This document shows, piece by piece, positions 1 through 12,805 of a stretch of DNA of 64,000 bases. The stretch's first letter is position 1, and every line of letters begins with the position of its first letter. The notes beneath the pieces are model-generated. The model was given only the letters and a program-made list of their open reading frames with translations. It made no database searches and was not told where the DNA came from. The position numbers and the translations under genes are program-made. Origin of the DNA: Rebecca billardiae RCC1528 (Eukaryota > Protista > Haptophyta). The DNA is taken from the NCBI GenBank assembly GCA_965240325.2, contig OZ251241.1, positions 930,001 through 994,000 of the forward strand. The letters are read 5' to 3'.

Positions 1-1783
1 TGACGACCGAGTCGTCGGAGCGCACGCTCAAGGTGGAGGTGGAGCGGCTGCGCCAGGAGAAGGGCGCGCTCGAGCGCCGCCTCGCGCTCTCCGAGGAGCA
101 GGCCTCCGCGCGCGCCGAGCAGCTGCTCGCCGAGCTGGGCGGCGCGACGTCAGCGCTCGAGCACAAGGCAGACGAGTGCCGCCGGCTCGAGGCGGAGCTG
201 TCGAGCGCGCGGCGCGAGCGCGACACGGCGAAGGAGCTGGCGGAGCGGTACATCGCCGACGCCCAGGCCGCGCGCGCCGAGAAGGCCGACGCCGCCGCCG
301 ACGCCGAGCAGCTCGCCGAGGGGCTTCGGCAGGAGCGTGACGCGGCCGCCAACCTCGCGCGGCTGCGCGAGGCGTCGGAGGCGGACGCGCGCGGCCTGCT
401 GGAGCGCGCGGAGAAGCTGGCGGGCGAGCTGCGCGAGCAGGTGCGCGCGGTGCAGGCGCGCGCGGCCGAGGCCGAGCGCGCCAAGGCCGACCTCGACGCG
501 CGCCTCGCCGACGCCGAGGGCCGCGCGGCCGCGGCCGCGGCGGACGCGGACGCGGCGCGCGCCGCGCCAGAGGCACGGCTGCTGACGACGACGAGTGCCG
601 TCACGGCGGCGCTCGGCGGCGCGGGCGGCGCGGCGAGCGGCGCGTTCGCCCGCCTCGCCGCCCTCGAGGCCGAGCTCGCCGACGAGCGCGCCGCTCGGCA
701 GCGGCTGGAGACCACCTACTCCTCCCTCGAGGCCGAGATTGCATCTCGCGTGCCGCAGGTGCGCGCGCGCGCACCGCACTGCACCGCACCGCGCCGCACT
801 GCGCCGCACCGCACCGCGCCGCGCCGCACCGCGCCACCCGCACTGCGCTGCACCGCGCCGCGCCGCACCGCGCCGCACCGCACCGCACCGAGTGCCGTGC
901 GGCGCCGTGCACGCGCGGCCGCCTCCGCGCCCGTGCCGCCGCGCGCCGTGCCCTGCGCCGCGCATCGGCGCCGCGCCCTCGGCCGCGCCCCCACCCTCTC
1001 ACGCCCCCGCCCCGCACGCGCCCCCGGCCGCGGCCGCTCGTGTGGTGCGGCGCGCCGTGCCTTCCCGCCGCGCCGCGCAGATCCAGCGGATGCGCGCGCA
1101 GGGCGAGGCGAGCGCCGCGGCGCACGCCGAGGCGGCCTCGCGCCTCGAGCTCGCGCTGCGCGAGGGCGAGCACTTGCGCGTCGCGTGCGCGGACGCGGAG
1201 GCGATCGCGCGCAGCTCGGGCGCGGAGGCGCGCGCGAGCGCGCGCGAGGCGGAGGACCTCGCGCGCCAGCTGCGCCTCGTGCTGCGCGAGAACGAGCGGC
1301 TGCGCAACGGCGGCGCCGCGCCCGCGCAGCAGACGACGACGCCGGCGCTCACGCCGCCGCCCTCGGCGCCCGGTGCCATCAACCTCGGCGCAGGGCCGTC
1401 CGCGGCGGGCGACTGGGCGGGCTCGGCCGAGGCGGTGGTAGCGGGCACGCCCGCGCTGCGGCGCGGCGCGGCGCGCGGCGGCGGCTCGTTGCTCACGCTC
1501 ACGCCCGGCTCGGCCGACGCCGCGATCACCGGCTCGGGCATCGCCGACTTCGCCACCGTCGACGAGCTGCAGACGCGCAACCAGCAGCTGCTCCGGCTTG
1601 TGCGTGCGCTGTCAGACGATGTGGAGAGCGCTCGCGCGGACGCGGAGGCGGCGGTGCAGGCGGGCGTGGAGGCGCGGCTGGCGGAGGTGTCGGCGGAGAT
1701 GGGCGCGATGCGCGCCGCGCGCGCCGAGCTCGAGGCCAAGCTCGCCGCGATCACCGCCGAGCGCGACTTGCTCCGCCTCTCGC

Positions 1784-1814
<31 letters not shown>

Positions 1815-4800
1815 GGCGGGCTCGCCCGCGCGCGGCGGCGGCGGCGCGCTCGTGCGGCGCGGGAGCGATGGCGGCGTCGCGCCCATGTCGCCGGCGGGCG
1901 AGATGATGGCGGTGGGCAGCCCGGACGTGGCGGCCGCGGCGGCCGCGGCCGCCGCCGCCGCGACCGAGACCGCCCGCGCCGAGCACGAGGCCTACCGCGA
2001 GGGCATGTCCGAGCAGCTTGCGCTCGCGAGCGCGGCGCGCGATGAGGCTCGGGAGGCGGCGTCGGCCGCGCGCGTCGACGCCGCGCGGCTGCGCGCGGCG
2101 CTGGAGACGGCGCAGGCGCGCGCGGAGGCGGAGGGTCGCGCGGCGGCGGACGCGCGCGCCGACGCGTCCGCCACGCGCGAGCGCACCAACAAGCTCGCCG
2201 AGGCGCTGCTCGCCGTGCAGCGCGACCTCTCGACCCGACTGCAGGAGGCGGCGAGCGCGCGCGCGCAGGCGGACAGCGCACGCGCGGACGCTGAGCGCGC
2301 CGCGCATGCCGAGGCGGCGGCGCGCGAGGCGGCGGAGCGCGCGCGCGAGGAGACGGCGCGCGCGCTGGCGGAGAAGCACGAGCTGCGCGCGCTGCTCGAG
2401 TCGATGCAGGCCGTGCAGGCCTCGATGGAGGGCGGCAGCCGCACCCAGCGCGAGAAGGCAGATGCGGAGGTGCAGCGCCTCACGCGAGAATGGCTCAGCG
2501 CTCGACAAGAGGCAGCGGCGGAGCGTGAGCGTGCGAGCGGGCTCGTCGAGGACGCGCGGCTGACGGCGGCGGCGGCGCGCGCGGAGGCGGAGGCGGCGCG
2601 CGCCGAGGCGTCCGCCGCGCGCGAGGCGCGCGCCGCCGCCGAGGCCGAGGCCGCCGCCCTCCGCACCACCGCCGAGGCGCTGCAGCCGCAGCTAGCGACG
2701 CTCAGCGCGCGCGTGCACACGGCGTTTGCGCGCGCGCGCGGCGGCGCGAGTGCGGGCGCGGACGACGGCGAGGGCGACGAGGGCGGCGCGGAGGCGGGCG
2801 GCGCAGACGGCGCGCCCAGCCGCGAGGCGCTCGCCGCGCTGCGCGCGCGCCTCGAGCACGCCGCCGACGACGCGCGCCACGCGGCTTCCGCGCGCGACGA
2901 GTATCGCCAGATCGCGGCCGCGGCCGAGGCAGAGTTGAGCGCGGTGCGTGCGGAGCTTGTGGAATTGAAGGGCGCGGTGGACGGCGCGCGCGCCGAGGCG
3001 GCGGGCGCGGAGGCGCGCGCGTGCGCGCGCGCGGACGCCGCCGAGGCGAGCCTGCGCGCGCGCACGGACGAGCTCGCCGCCGCGCGCGCCGAGCTCGCCG
3101 ACGCGACGCGGCGCGCGGACGCGGCCGACGCGGCGCGGCGCGAGGCCGAGACATCGCTCGCCGAGGCGCGCGCTGCCGAGGCCGAGCGCGCGGCGTCGGG
3201 CTCGAGCGCGCACACCGAGGCGGCGGCGCAGGTGCTGGCCGTGCAGGCGCGGCTGGACGCCGAGCTGCTGCAGCACGCCACCGACGTGCAGCGCCTCGCG
3301 CTCGCGCGCGAGGCCCAGGTGCGGCCGCGGCGCCTGACCGACCGCCGCGCGCGCGGCCGCGCGCTCGGGCGCGCGCGCGGCCGCGCGCGCGCGCGCACCC
3401 TAGCCCACCGCCGAGCTCACGCGCGCACGCCGCCCGCCCCCGCGCGTCTGTGCGCGGCGCGCGCGCCGCGCAGGAGGCGGCCGAGCGCGCGGCGGACTCT
3501 GCGCACGCGCGCTGCGCGCAGCTCGAGGCCGCGCTCGGCTCGGCGGGCGACGACGCGCGCGCGGAGGCCGCGCGCCTTCGCGCCGAGGTGCGCGCGCTCG
3601 AGGCGCGTCTGCGCGCGCAGTCGGAGGAGCATGCAGAATTGTATCGGCAGCTCGAGGCGCGCGCGGCGGCGGGCGGCGGCGGCGAGGGCGAAGGCGGCGC
3701 CGGCGGCGAAGGCGCGTCCGACGAGGGCGGCGCCGGCGCCGGCACGCAGGCGCTGCTCCGGCTGCTGCGCCGTGACAAGGACGTGCTGCAGCAGCGCGCG
3801 GAGCTACAGGTGTGCGCGTGCGCCCGTGTGTGTGTGTGTGCGTGCGTGTGTGCGCGTGCGCGTGCGCGCGTGTGCGCGTGTGCGTGCGCCCGTGTGTGTG
3901 CGTGCGCGCGTGTGCGTGCGTGCGCGCGTGTGCGCGTGCGCGCGTGTGCGCGTGCGCGCGTGTGCGTGCGCGCGTGCGCGTGCACGCGCGGCGCGGCGCG
4001 CGGCGCGGCGCCGTGCCGACTGTGTGTGCGCACTGCCTGCCGACGACGGCCACGGAAGATGAGGCGTGGGCGCGCGCGGGTGCTGTGCGTGCCACACCGC
4101 GCGCGCGCGCGCGCGCTCTCACTCGCATGCCCCGCCCTCGCCGCGCCGCCCCCGCAGGCGCTCGAGCTTCAGCGCGCGGAGCAGGACGCGCGGCGCGCAC
4201 GGGCGCGCGCCGACGCGCTCGCGGCTCAGCTGAGCGAGGTTCGAGCGCGCGCCTGCGGGGGCGGCGCGACAGCGCGCGCCGGAGGGATGCGCACACAGGC
4301 GGGGAGGAGCCGCGCCCCGCGCGCAGCGGCAGCCGATCCATGCCGCGTGCCCTCGCCCCGGAGGCCCGCGCGATGCGCCCCTGCGCCGCCCTCGCCACAG
4401 CGGCGGCGGCAGCCAGCGGGCCGCCGGCGCGCGCGGCGCGTGCGCTCACGCGCCGCGCCGCCCCGCCGCCGCGGCGCGCGCGCTGCGTCGTGTGCGCAGG
4501 CGCGCGAGGCGGCGGGCTCGGCCGGCGGCGGCGAGGGCGGCGGCGGCGGCGGCGCGGGCGGCCACGCCTCGCTGATGGCCGCGGTGCAGGAGCTCTCGGT
4601 CCTCCGCGACTCGAACGTGCTGCTGCGCTCAGAGCTCGGTGCGGCGCGCGCGCCGACGCGTGCGCGCGCAGTCTCGCGCGCGCGTCGGGCATCGGCCGTT
4701 GCCGGCGCGGCGCGGAGGCGCCGGCGCGCGCGAGCCAAGCGCGCGCGCGCGCGCCAGGCACCACGCCGGCTGAGCGCGCCCGCGCCGTGCGCGCGCGCCC

Positions 4801-6468
4801 CCGCCCCGCACAGAGCGCGTGCAGGGCGCGCTGGACGCCGAGCGCGCCACCCTCGCCGCCCTGCGCGACAGCACAGCGCCTGCAACAGCTGAGCTGGCCG
4901 CGGCGCGCGCGGAGCTTGAGGAGGCGAAGGCGCGGCTCGCGGCGCAGGCGACGGAGATCGGCACGTGGCAGGAGCGCGTGCGCCGCATGGTGGAGAAGGG
5001 GAAGAGCACCGTCGAGGCCGAGCGCTTCGAGGCGCTCCAGGCAGAGCGGGCTGCGCTCCAAGCGAAGGCGGAGGCGGCGGTGCGCAGCGCGGCGCGCGCG
5101 GCCGCGCGCGGCGCGCGCCGTGCGCGCCGCGCGGCGCCGGCGCGCGCCGCACGGCGCGGCCTCGGGCGGGGGCGCGCCGCCACCCAGCGCGCGCGCCGCC
5201 GCGTGCGAGTGCCGCCTCGCGCCCTCCGCTCGCCCACGCCCCCTCGCCGCGCCCGCCCTGCGCATCGCCCCCGCCCGCTCCTCCCGTCTGCGGCTCATGC
5301 GCGGCATCGCCCCGCGCACGCCACCGGCCACGCCGCTGCGCGCGGCGCCGCGCCACCCGCGACGCCGCAGGAGAAGGAGCTGAGCGCGGCGGCCGCGACG
5401 CGCGACCAGCACCAGGCGAGCATCTCGCGCTTCCAGTCCGTCGCCGTCTCGCAGCAGAAGCGCGCCAACACGCTCAAGAAAGAGCTGGATGAGGCGAAGG
5501 GCGCGGCGGAGGGCGCGGAGGCGGAGGCGGCTAAGGCGCGCGCCGAGCTCGGCGCCGCGCGCGACGCGGCGCGCGCCGCGCTCGAGACGCTGCTCCGCGC
5601 GGAGGCGGAGGGCGCGGACGAGTGTGACGCCATGCGCCGCCGCATGGGCCAGTTCCAAGGTGCGCGCGCCGCACGCGCACGGCACGCGCGCCCCCGCCGA
5701 GCCGCCCACAAGCCCTGGCGCTCACAGACTGACTGAGATCGCGCCGCGCACTCGCCGGGCGCCGCGGCGGCAGGCGTGCTCACCAAGAGCAAGGCGCTGT
5801 ACCAGGCGCTGCTGCAGAAGCACGAGGCGGCCACCGCCGAGCTCGAGGCGCTGCGCGCGGGCGGCGCGGCCGCGCAGCCGCCCGCGCGGGGCGGCGCGGC
5901 CTCGGCCGCGGCGGCCGCGGCCGCTGCGCCCGCGGCTGCCGCGCCCGCTCCGAGCGCGGCGGTGGCCGTTGGCAAGCGTCGGCGCGGCAGCGCGGCCGCG
6001 GCGGCCGCCGCGCAGCAGGCGGCTGCGGCCGGCGCGCGCGGCGCCGGGGCGGCGGAGGGCGCTGCCGCCGACGCTGCCACGGGGCAGCAGCCACCCAAGC
6101 GCGCGCGCGCGGGCCGCGGCGCCGGCCGCGGCCGCGGTGCGGCAGCGCCTGCGCCGGTGGTGGCCGCCGCGGCCGCGCGAGCAAGCGCAGCCGCGGCGGA
6201 CGCGGGCGCGCCGGATGTGGCTGCGCTACCCGACGCAGAGGCGCTGACACAGGAAGTGGGCGCGGCTGACGACAGCGGCGCCGCCGCCGAGGACGGCGAG
6301 GTCGGCGCCGCCGACGCGGCCGGGCTGGCGGCCGCTGAGGTCGGCGTGGACGACGAGGGCGACAGCGACCTGCTCGCGCCTCGCGCCGAGGACGAGGACG
6401 CGGGGGAGGAGGGGGAGGAGGACGTGGCGGACGACGCCGTGCTGGCGGATGTCGAGGATGATCAGTGA
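1..6468 (+). CDS. TPR: Nucleoprotein TPR/Mlp1-like nuclear basket coiled-coil protein (5' part outside window, multi-exon)
   Basis: Long coiled-coil exons with TPR/Mlp-type motifs FATVDELQTRNQQLLRLVRAL, LLRLLRRDKDVL and QELSVLRDSNVLLRSEL, then an acidic tail ending at TGA 6468. GT-AG introns at about 759-1080, 3319-3473, 3810-4157, 4239-4499, 4639-4813, 5080-5370 and 5660-5773. Confidence 0.8.
770..890. repeat. (GCACC/GCGCC)n pentamer repeat inside a TPR intron
   Basis: Tandem gcacc/gcgcc units visible in the sequence. Confidence 0.8.
3810..3990. repeat. (TG/CG)n alternating purine-pyrimidine tract inside a TPR intron
   Basis: Run of gtgtgcgcgtgcgc... starting at the GT donor at 3810. Confidence 0.85.
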
Positions 6469-6663
6469 CGAGTCTAGGACTAGTTACAACTTAAATAATA
6501 TTGCAATAAATGACGACGTACTACGCGTCGTAATAATAATAAATGACGGCGTCACGAGTGCTCATCACACGCCGTCCGCCGCGGATAATGACGGACGAAC
6601 GCGGGCTAAGTCTAACGCGCCGAGTCGCGGCGCCGACGAGATGATGCCTGCTGCTATGCGCTG

Positions 6664-6665
<2 letters not shown>

Positions 6666-6701
<36 letters not shown>

Positions 6702-6710
6702 AGAGAGAGA
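6666..6710. repeat. (GA)n microsatellite
   Basis: Seen directly. Confidence 0.95.
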
Positions 6711-6825
6711 GTGTGTGTTATGTTGGCGGCCGCCTGGCCATGCGTAGTGATTTGAATGATGATCCGCGTCGGACGACTGGCGAAGTCATCCAGTTATGAT
6801 GATGCTTGACTTGATGCTGATGGCA

Positions 6826-8019
6826 TCATCGGAGTGGGAGATGCGGAGCGACGACTGACGAATTCGATGCTGCGCGATCATGCCCATCATCGTCACTAAT
6901 GAGATTGCCACCCAGTGAGCGTCGCCGCACTGCCACGGCTTTTGCGATCGCCATGGCGAGCGCGAATGCCAGCAAGCACGCCGCTCCAAGCACCGCTGCA
7001 CGCGCCAGGTCATCATCCGCGATGGCCATGACAGAAGTGATGAACACGAGCGTGACGATGAGTTGGGTGATTGCCTCGGATGACACTCGGTTGTGCAGGA
7101 CCCATCCAGCGCCACTTCCGATGGCAGCCCCGGCGAAGAAGACAAGGTAATACTTCCACAGCGCGGTCGACACCCAGCCCGCGGCGGCGAGCTGCACAGC
7201 TGCTATGCTGCTGTTGAGCAGGCCGAGCACCATGCCGGTGGAACGTACCACAGCCTTGTCGCGCAGGTAGACAATGAAGTACACCTTCACTGTGAGCCCG
7301 GGAAGCCCGTAAAGACCGCCGAGAAAGCCAGCAGAGAGGCCTGTCAGAAGCGCAGCGACGTCATCCCAACAGCGCAATGGCTTCGGTCGCTGCTCCTGGT
7401 CGTGGACGATTGGTCCTGGCGTGGCTGTCAGCACAGTGGCAACTGCTGGTGCGCCATCGGATGAACCCCCTGGATGCCGCGATGGGTGTGCCGCCAGGGT
7501 AGTCGTCGACACCCCGTGGTGTCGGTCCTCGAGCTGTGGTATTTCGTCATGCGCCTCGTCGTGGTACTGCTCAGTAGACGTCTGCGCAGCAGCTGCTTCT
7601 CCGCGCAGACCACCATTCAGCACAGCACGCAATGTACCAACCGCTCGAGCGGCGACAAACGACAAGAACAGAGCACCGATCCACACCTTCAAGGCGTGCG
7701 GACGTGCGTGCGTCAGGACCTGCACGCCCAGCACCGTCCCAACGGCAGCAGCAGGTAGTATGCGCCGCGCGAGCCACCAGTCGACGTCTGCAATGGTGCT
7801 CGCGGTAAGGACGACAAGAACCAACGTGTTGGGAGGCATCAAAATCGCTACGGCCTCCTGCACGTTGTAGAAGTGCTCAGCGCTCAAAGTAGAGACAAGC
7901 TGCAGAATCAAGTGGAATGTCAAGTTGTCGCCGAACGCGGCGAGGGCCTTCAGGACCGAACCAGCAGCTGCGCCCAACCCAACGATGAGCACCGGGGTTG
8001 CTGCCGCAGACACCGCCAT
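6826..8019 (-). CDS. Sulfite exporter TauE/SafE-family membrane protein
   Basis: Intronless 397-aa ORF with many hydrophobic helices. It has two repeats of the family Gly-rich motif (GLGAAAGSVLKALAAFG and GLSAGFLGGLYGLPG) separated by a hydrophilic loop. Confidence 0.7.
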   Translation of the reverse strand: MAVSAAATPVLIVGLGAAAGSVLKALAAFGDNLTFHLILQLVSTLSAEHFYNVQEAVAILMPPNTLVLVVLTASTIADVDWWLARRILPAAAVGTVLGVQVLTHARPHALKVWIGALFLSFVAARAVGTLRAVLNGGLRGEAAAAQTSTEQYHDEAHDEIPQLEDRHHGVSTTTLAAHPSRHPGGSSDGAPAVATVLTATPGPIVHDQEQRPKPLRCWDDVAALLTGLSAGFLGGLYGLPGLTVKVYFIVYLRDKAVVRSTGMVLGLLNSSIAAVQLAAAGWVSTALWKYYLVFFAGAAIGSGAGWVLHNRVSSEAITQLIVTLVFITSVMAIADDDLARAAVLGAACLLAFALAMAIAKAVAVRRRSLGGNLISDDDGHDRAASNSSVVAPHLPLR

Positions 8020-8859
8020 GCCGGATGATTCATCGCACTGCTTTGTCCCTGCTTTGTTCGTCTGCGAACCTGCGACAATAAGTTTCTTTTAAAATCCACA
8101 GTCCACACGGTGAGTTTCTGGTGATCGAGTTTCATGCGGCGATGCCGGCGCTCAGCCGCTCACCATTCACAGAATGCCGCGCGATGGGCGCCGCAGTCGA
8201 CGACGACGACGACGGGCGCTCAGACTCTCCTGGCCCTGCCGGACGGGTCCTCCCATGGTCGGAGCATCACCCTATTACGCGCACGGTAACCGCCACAGTG
8301 TGATGAGCTCTGCTAAGAAGCCCTAGCAGTATTAAACTTAAAGGTGTTACCGTTTCGTCCGTTTCACGTCGTACTTCATTAAACAATAATTACGTGACTC
8401 TAAAGACGTGCTGTAATAAATCACTAGCGCTATTGGTATACTTATAACTGCTTATTATATTTTACGTTACAAGGGTGCGAAGTCTTAGAGCATTGGGTAG
8501 AGCTCTAGACAGACATTGGGTACTCTACTGTACTACTCATACTGTTACTCACTCTGTCTCTATAGGTGTCTTTCAGTGACTAAACTTCAGATGACTTGTG
8601 AGTTGTGTCATGTCTTGAGGCCCGAAAGACAGCCAGCCCTTACCCTTGGCTGACCGGACGCGGAGACAGCCGGCCAGCCGGACGCAGCTGTGGGGCGGGT
8701 GGCTCGCGCCGACCAATCAGCGTCCCGCCGCGGAAATCCGTCGATCTAGGACAGACTGTTCGGAGGTGGGTGGCAAATGCGCGCGTGGCTTATGGACCAT
8801 GCCGCCACAGCACACTTGGAACATATTTAACGACGTGGCATGCAACGGGCCGAGACACT

Positions 8860-8979
<120 letters not shown>

Positions 8980-9388
8980 TTGGATCTACCGCTCGCGGTG
9001 CTGTCCCACCACACCCGGCCCGGCCTACTGCTGCAGGCGCCTCGCCCTTACTGCGCGCCTTTGCTCAGCCCCTGCGCTCTCCCACGCCTCCGCAGTTGAT
9101 GGACGCACTTCTCCTCGTCGGGCTTTTGTATCTGCACATGGGACTTCCAACTCGTCGATGCACACACTGCGCAAACAAACGGGACCACAGTGAGTGCCTC
9201 AACGAGGATCACCGAGCCGGCCACTCCCACTGCGGACACGCGCCACTCGTCTGATCAACGATCCCATTATGATACATACATTGACCACGACCAGCAGCTC
9301 ACACTGCTCGTGGTGCTGCTCGGTACCACGTGGGCACAGCCTCATCAATCATCATCGGCGGGGCCCTGGCGTCGAGCTGCGTGTACAC

Positions 9389-10076
9389 GTGGTGTTATTG
9401 GTACAATAACTGAGTGTGTACGAGCTGCGTGACGGCGGGGCTCGCCGTGTGGCCTCTCACTCTGTTGCACCCAGCTCGCAGAATTCGTCATGAACCTTCT
9501 ACGGGTACACGGCTGGCTGCTGCATCACCTGGAGTGAGATGGCTTCTCGGGCGCTTCCGAGCCATTCCACTTCTTCGCAAGGCGAGCTGCTTTGAGGCTC
9601 TTGTCGCCCCCCTCGGAGCCCCAAAGGGCTTTCGGAAACAAAGCAGCTGCTGGTCGTGGCAATGCGCGGCTCGGGCGTGCGGCGGTAGGTGCGCAGCCGA
9701 GCGGCTTGCTGAGACGAGTTGGGCATCCTCTGCTGGAGGTCGAGGCGAGAGGTGTCTGGCGCGCAGCTGTTGTGCGCTGCCGAGTCCTACCTCGCGCGGA
9801 TCGAGGAGCGAGGTGCGCGCCGATGATGCCCGCCGAAAGCCCTTTGGGGCTCCGAGGGGGGCGACAAGAGCCTCAAAGCAGCTCGCCTTGCGAAGAAGTG
9901 GAATGGCTCGGAAGCGCCCGAGAAGCCATCTCACTCCAGGTGATGCAGCAGCCAGCCGTGTACCCGTAGAAGGTTCATGACGAATTCTGCGAGCTGGGTG
10001 CAACAGAGTGAGAGGCCACACGGCGAGCCCCGCCGTCACGCAGCTCGTACACACTCAGTTATTGTACCAATAACAC

Positions 10077-10080
<4 letters not shown>
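9389..10080. mobile_element. Foldback or non-autonomous TIR element with 247-bp inverted arms
   Basis: 9389-9635 is the reverse complement of 9833-10079, and the ORF track gives identical translations on both strands. The spacer is 197 bp. The right end ...CACCACA abuts (TA)n. Confidence 0.8.
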
Positions 10081-10114
<34 letters not shown>

Positions 10115-10823
10115 GACGACTCACACTGTGAACCCTGTGTCGGGCCGCAGCCTCGGGCTCGCAAGTCGCAGATCCCCTCGCCGGGGGGCCCTCGCCCGTA
10201 ACTACTTGTACTATCGGCACGCATAGTGACATACGTACGTGCGCCAGGTTTCATGATGATGACACATCAATATAGTATATGCTGCCGGTCGCGATCGTTA
10301 TCGTCATGGGGGAGTCTTCACGCACCGCCGGTAGTCTCGTCGACGGCGAGCGGCATGCCCAGCGCATCCGTGCTGCCGCTCGCCAAGGCATGAGGACCCG
10401 GCCAGGCAGCATGTAACGATCCCACTGAGTAGGAACACATGCACGCATCAGCCGCCTCGGCATACATCGCTAACTACTGCCTGCTGGCGTGCCCATCTTC
10501 CGTGAGTTTAGGCCAGCAGGCCCAGCGAACGTTTCCGGACTGATCACTGAAATTGAATCCAGGCGCGCGGTCGCGGCGTTTACCGCGGAGGACGGCGTTA
10601 GCAGAAGTAATTTAAAATATATATATTTAAACACATCATCACACACACACACACACACACACATGGGGGTTAATGACGCTAGCTAGCTATTTGTGCACCG
10701 CCCTCGCTCCGCTCTCCACGAAACAAGCGTAGGGCTAGGACAGGGCTTCCATGAGCGGGTCGGCCTTCCAGTCCTGCGCGATACGGAGATTAGTGGGCGG
10801 CCGCGCAACGCGACAAGGCCGGG

Positions 10824-12341
10824 TCAGAGTGAGATCATGCCGCACCGGCAGCAGGTTGATCTGCCAACGCTTCCTCCTATGAACCGGCGCGCGCGCACCT
10901 CGTAGCTTTCCGTCAAATACTGCGCATCACCGTGCGCGGTGGCCGTGCGGACCGCAGCCTCCACGTCGGAAAGCAGGTCCGAGGCGTCCTCGAGCCCGCA
11001 CGAGAAGCGGATCAGCCCGTCGCGGAGTCCGAGCTGGGCGCGCTCTGCAGGCGTGTGCTTCCAGTACGCCATGATCTGCGGTCCACCACGCAGTGAATGC
11101 GCGGCACGGACGGGCGCACGTCAGCTCGCGCCACGGCGCTGGCTGGCAGCCGGCGGGGAGCGCCGCGCGCGGGCCAGCCGCAACAGCAAGCAAATGCATG
11201 CACGCACCGTGGGCTGCTGCACGAGCGAGTCGACGCCGCCAAAGCTAGCCGTGCGCATCGGGATCTGGAGCGCATCCACGAAGCGCGCAGCAGCGTGCAG
11301 CCCGCCGTCGATCTCGAAGCTGACGACGCCGCCATGACCGCGCATCTGCGTGCGCGCGACCTCGTGATCCGGGTGTGAAGGCAGGCCGGGATAGTGCACG
11401 GCCGTCACGCCATCCATTTTTTCCAAGGCGCGCGCGAGCGCACGCGCAGTCTCGTTCTGGCGCTCGACGCGCACGTGCAGGGTCTTCATGCCACGCAGCA
11501 GGAGATACGCCGACTGCGGCTCGAGCACGCCGCCGAGCAGCCCGTGGGTCTTGCGCACCTTGTCGACAATCTCTGCCGATGCGGAGAGCGAGCCTCCCAT
11601 CACGTCGTTGTGGCCACCGAGGTACTTGGTGAGCGAGTGCACGACAATGTCGGCGCCGAGCTGGAGTGGCTGCTGGTTGATGGGCGTGGCAAACGTGCTG
11701 TCGACGCAGAACAGCGTCCCGCGCGCGCGGCACAGGGCGGACGCGCGCGGCACGTCGACGCAGCGCAGCAGTGGGTTGGTCGGGGACTCGGTGAAGAAGA
11801 GGTCGGCGCCCACGTCGAGCTCGCGCTCGAGCGCCTCGTAGTCGCCTGGCTCGACCACGGCCAGCCGCGTGCCCATAGAGACGAGGTGCTCCACGAGCTT
11901 GCGCGTGTTGTGGTAGCAGTCAGAAGTCATCACCACGCGCCCGTTGGGCGGCACGAGCGCGAGCATCATCGAGGTCGCTGTCGCCATGCCCGACGCGCTC
12001 ACAACGCATGCCTCCGCGTCGTCTAGCCTCGCGATCTTCTGCTCGAGCGCCTTCGCGGTCGGACTGCCGTACCGGCCATAGCGATGGCTCACATACTCAC
12101 CCGCATGGAAGGCGATGACGTGCTCGGAGCTGTCGAAGTGGTAGCAGTTGGTCTGCACGATCGGCACGCTCACGGCGTCTGCGTCCTTGAGCTGGCCCTC
12201 GCTCGAGCTTCGCTCGCCCGCTCGGACGCAGGCAGAGCCCATGCCGGCGCGGGCCCACATGGAGGACGAGCACAGGTGGCGCCGAAGGAGAGGGCACCCG
12301 CGCGCAGCCGGTGGAGTCAGCACGCTGAACGCGCGTGCCAT
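10824..12341 (-). CDS. Cystathionine gamma-synthase (Cys/Met metabolism PLP-dependent enzyme) with N-terminal transit peptide
   Basis: Motifs YGRYGSPT, SASGMAT, FTESPTNP, VDSTFATP, HSLTKYLGGHNDV (PLP Lys) and SFGGVDSL. An intron at 11207-11076 joins QQPT to IMAYW...LIRFSCGLED. The extreme C-terminus is uncertain because a further intron is possible near 10899. Confidence 0.88.
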
Positions 12342-12436
12342 GACGACGTTCATTACGCTAGAAGCCTTCGTTCGACGTTCGGCGGCGGCGCCGGCGAGTC
12401 CGGCCCCGCCGTCGCAATTACGCCCAGGTAATATAT

Positions 12437-12509
12437 TTAACGACGTGGCAGCATCGGACAAGCGTCAGGCTCAAGAGTGCAACAGACACATAGAATGCGT
12501 CCGCGCCGA
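12437..12509 (-). mobile_element. 73-bp truncated retroposon 3' tail with 13-bp target-site duplication
   Basis: CCAGGTAATATAT occurs at 12424-12436 and 12510-12522. On the minus strand the insert ends TGCCACGTCGTTAA, a tail also seen near 8823-8846 and 50707-50731. Confidence 0.65.
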
Positions 12510-12805
12510 CCAGGTAATATATGGGATGAATACTGATGTTGTAGCGGGATCCCGCTGCTAATATATTTATATATATATAGTATATTAAATATGTATTGGT
12601 ATGGACAGGTACACCGCCGGTAGTTTTATCATAGTACCGTGCTGTCCATGGTGTGATCCCAGCTAACCTGCCACCAAATAAACTGTTCTGTAGGCGGAAC
12701 GGTTGTATGAAAGTAAACGGTTTCCCCCAGATTGGACGCCTCGCGCACTCAAGGGACTCCACAAAGACACCGCCATGAATTAGCCTGACCCCGCGATCGA
12801 ACACG

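Noticed and set aside
9414-10054. Twin 188-aa ORFs on opposite strands
   Set aside because: They are a by-product of the inverted repeat and show no protein motifs.
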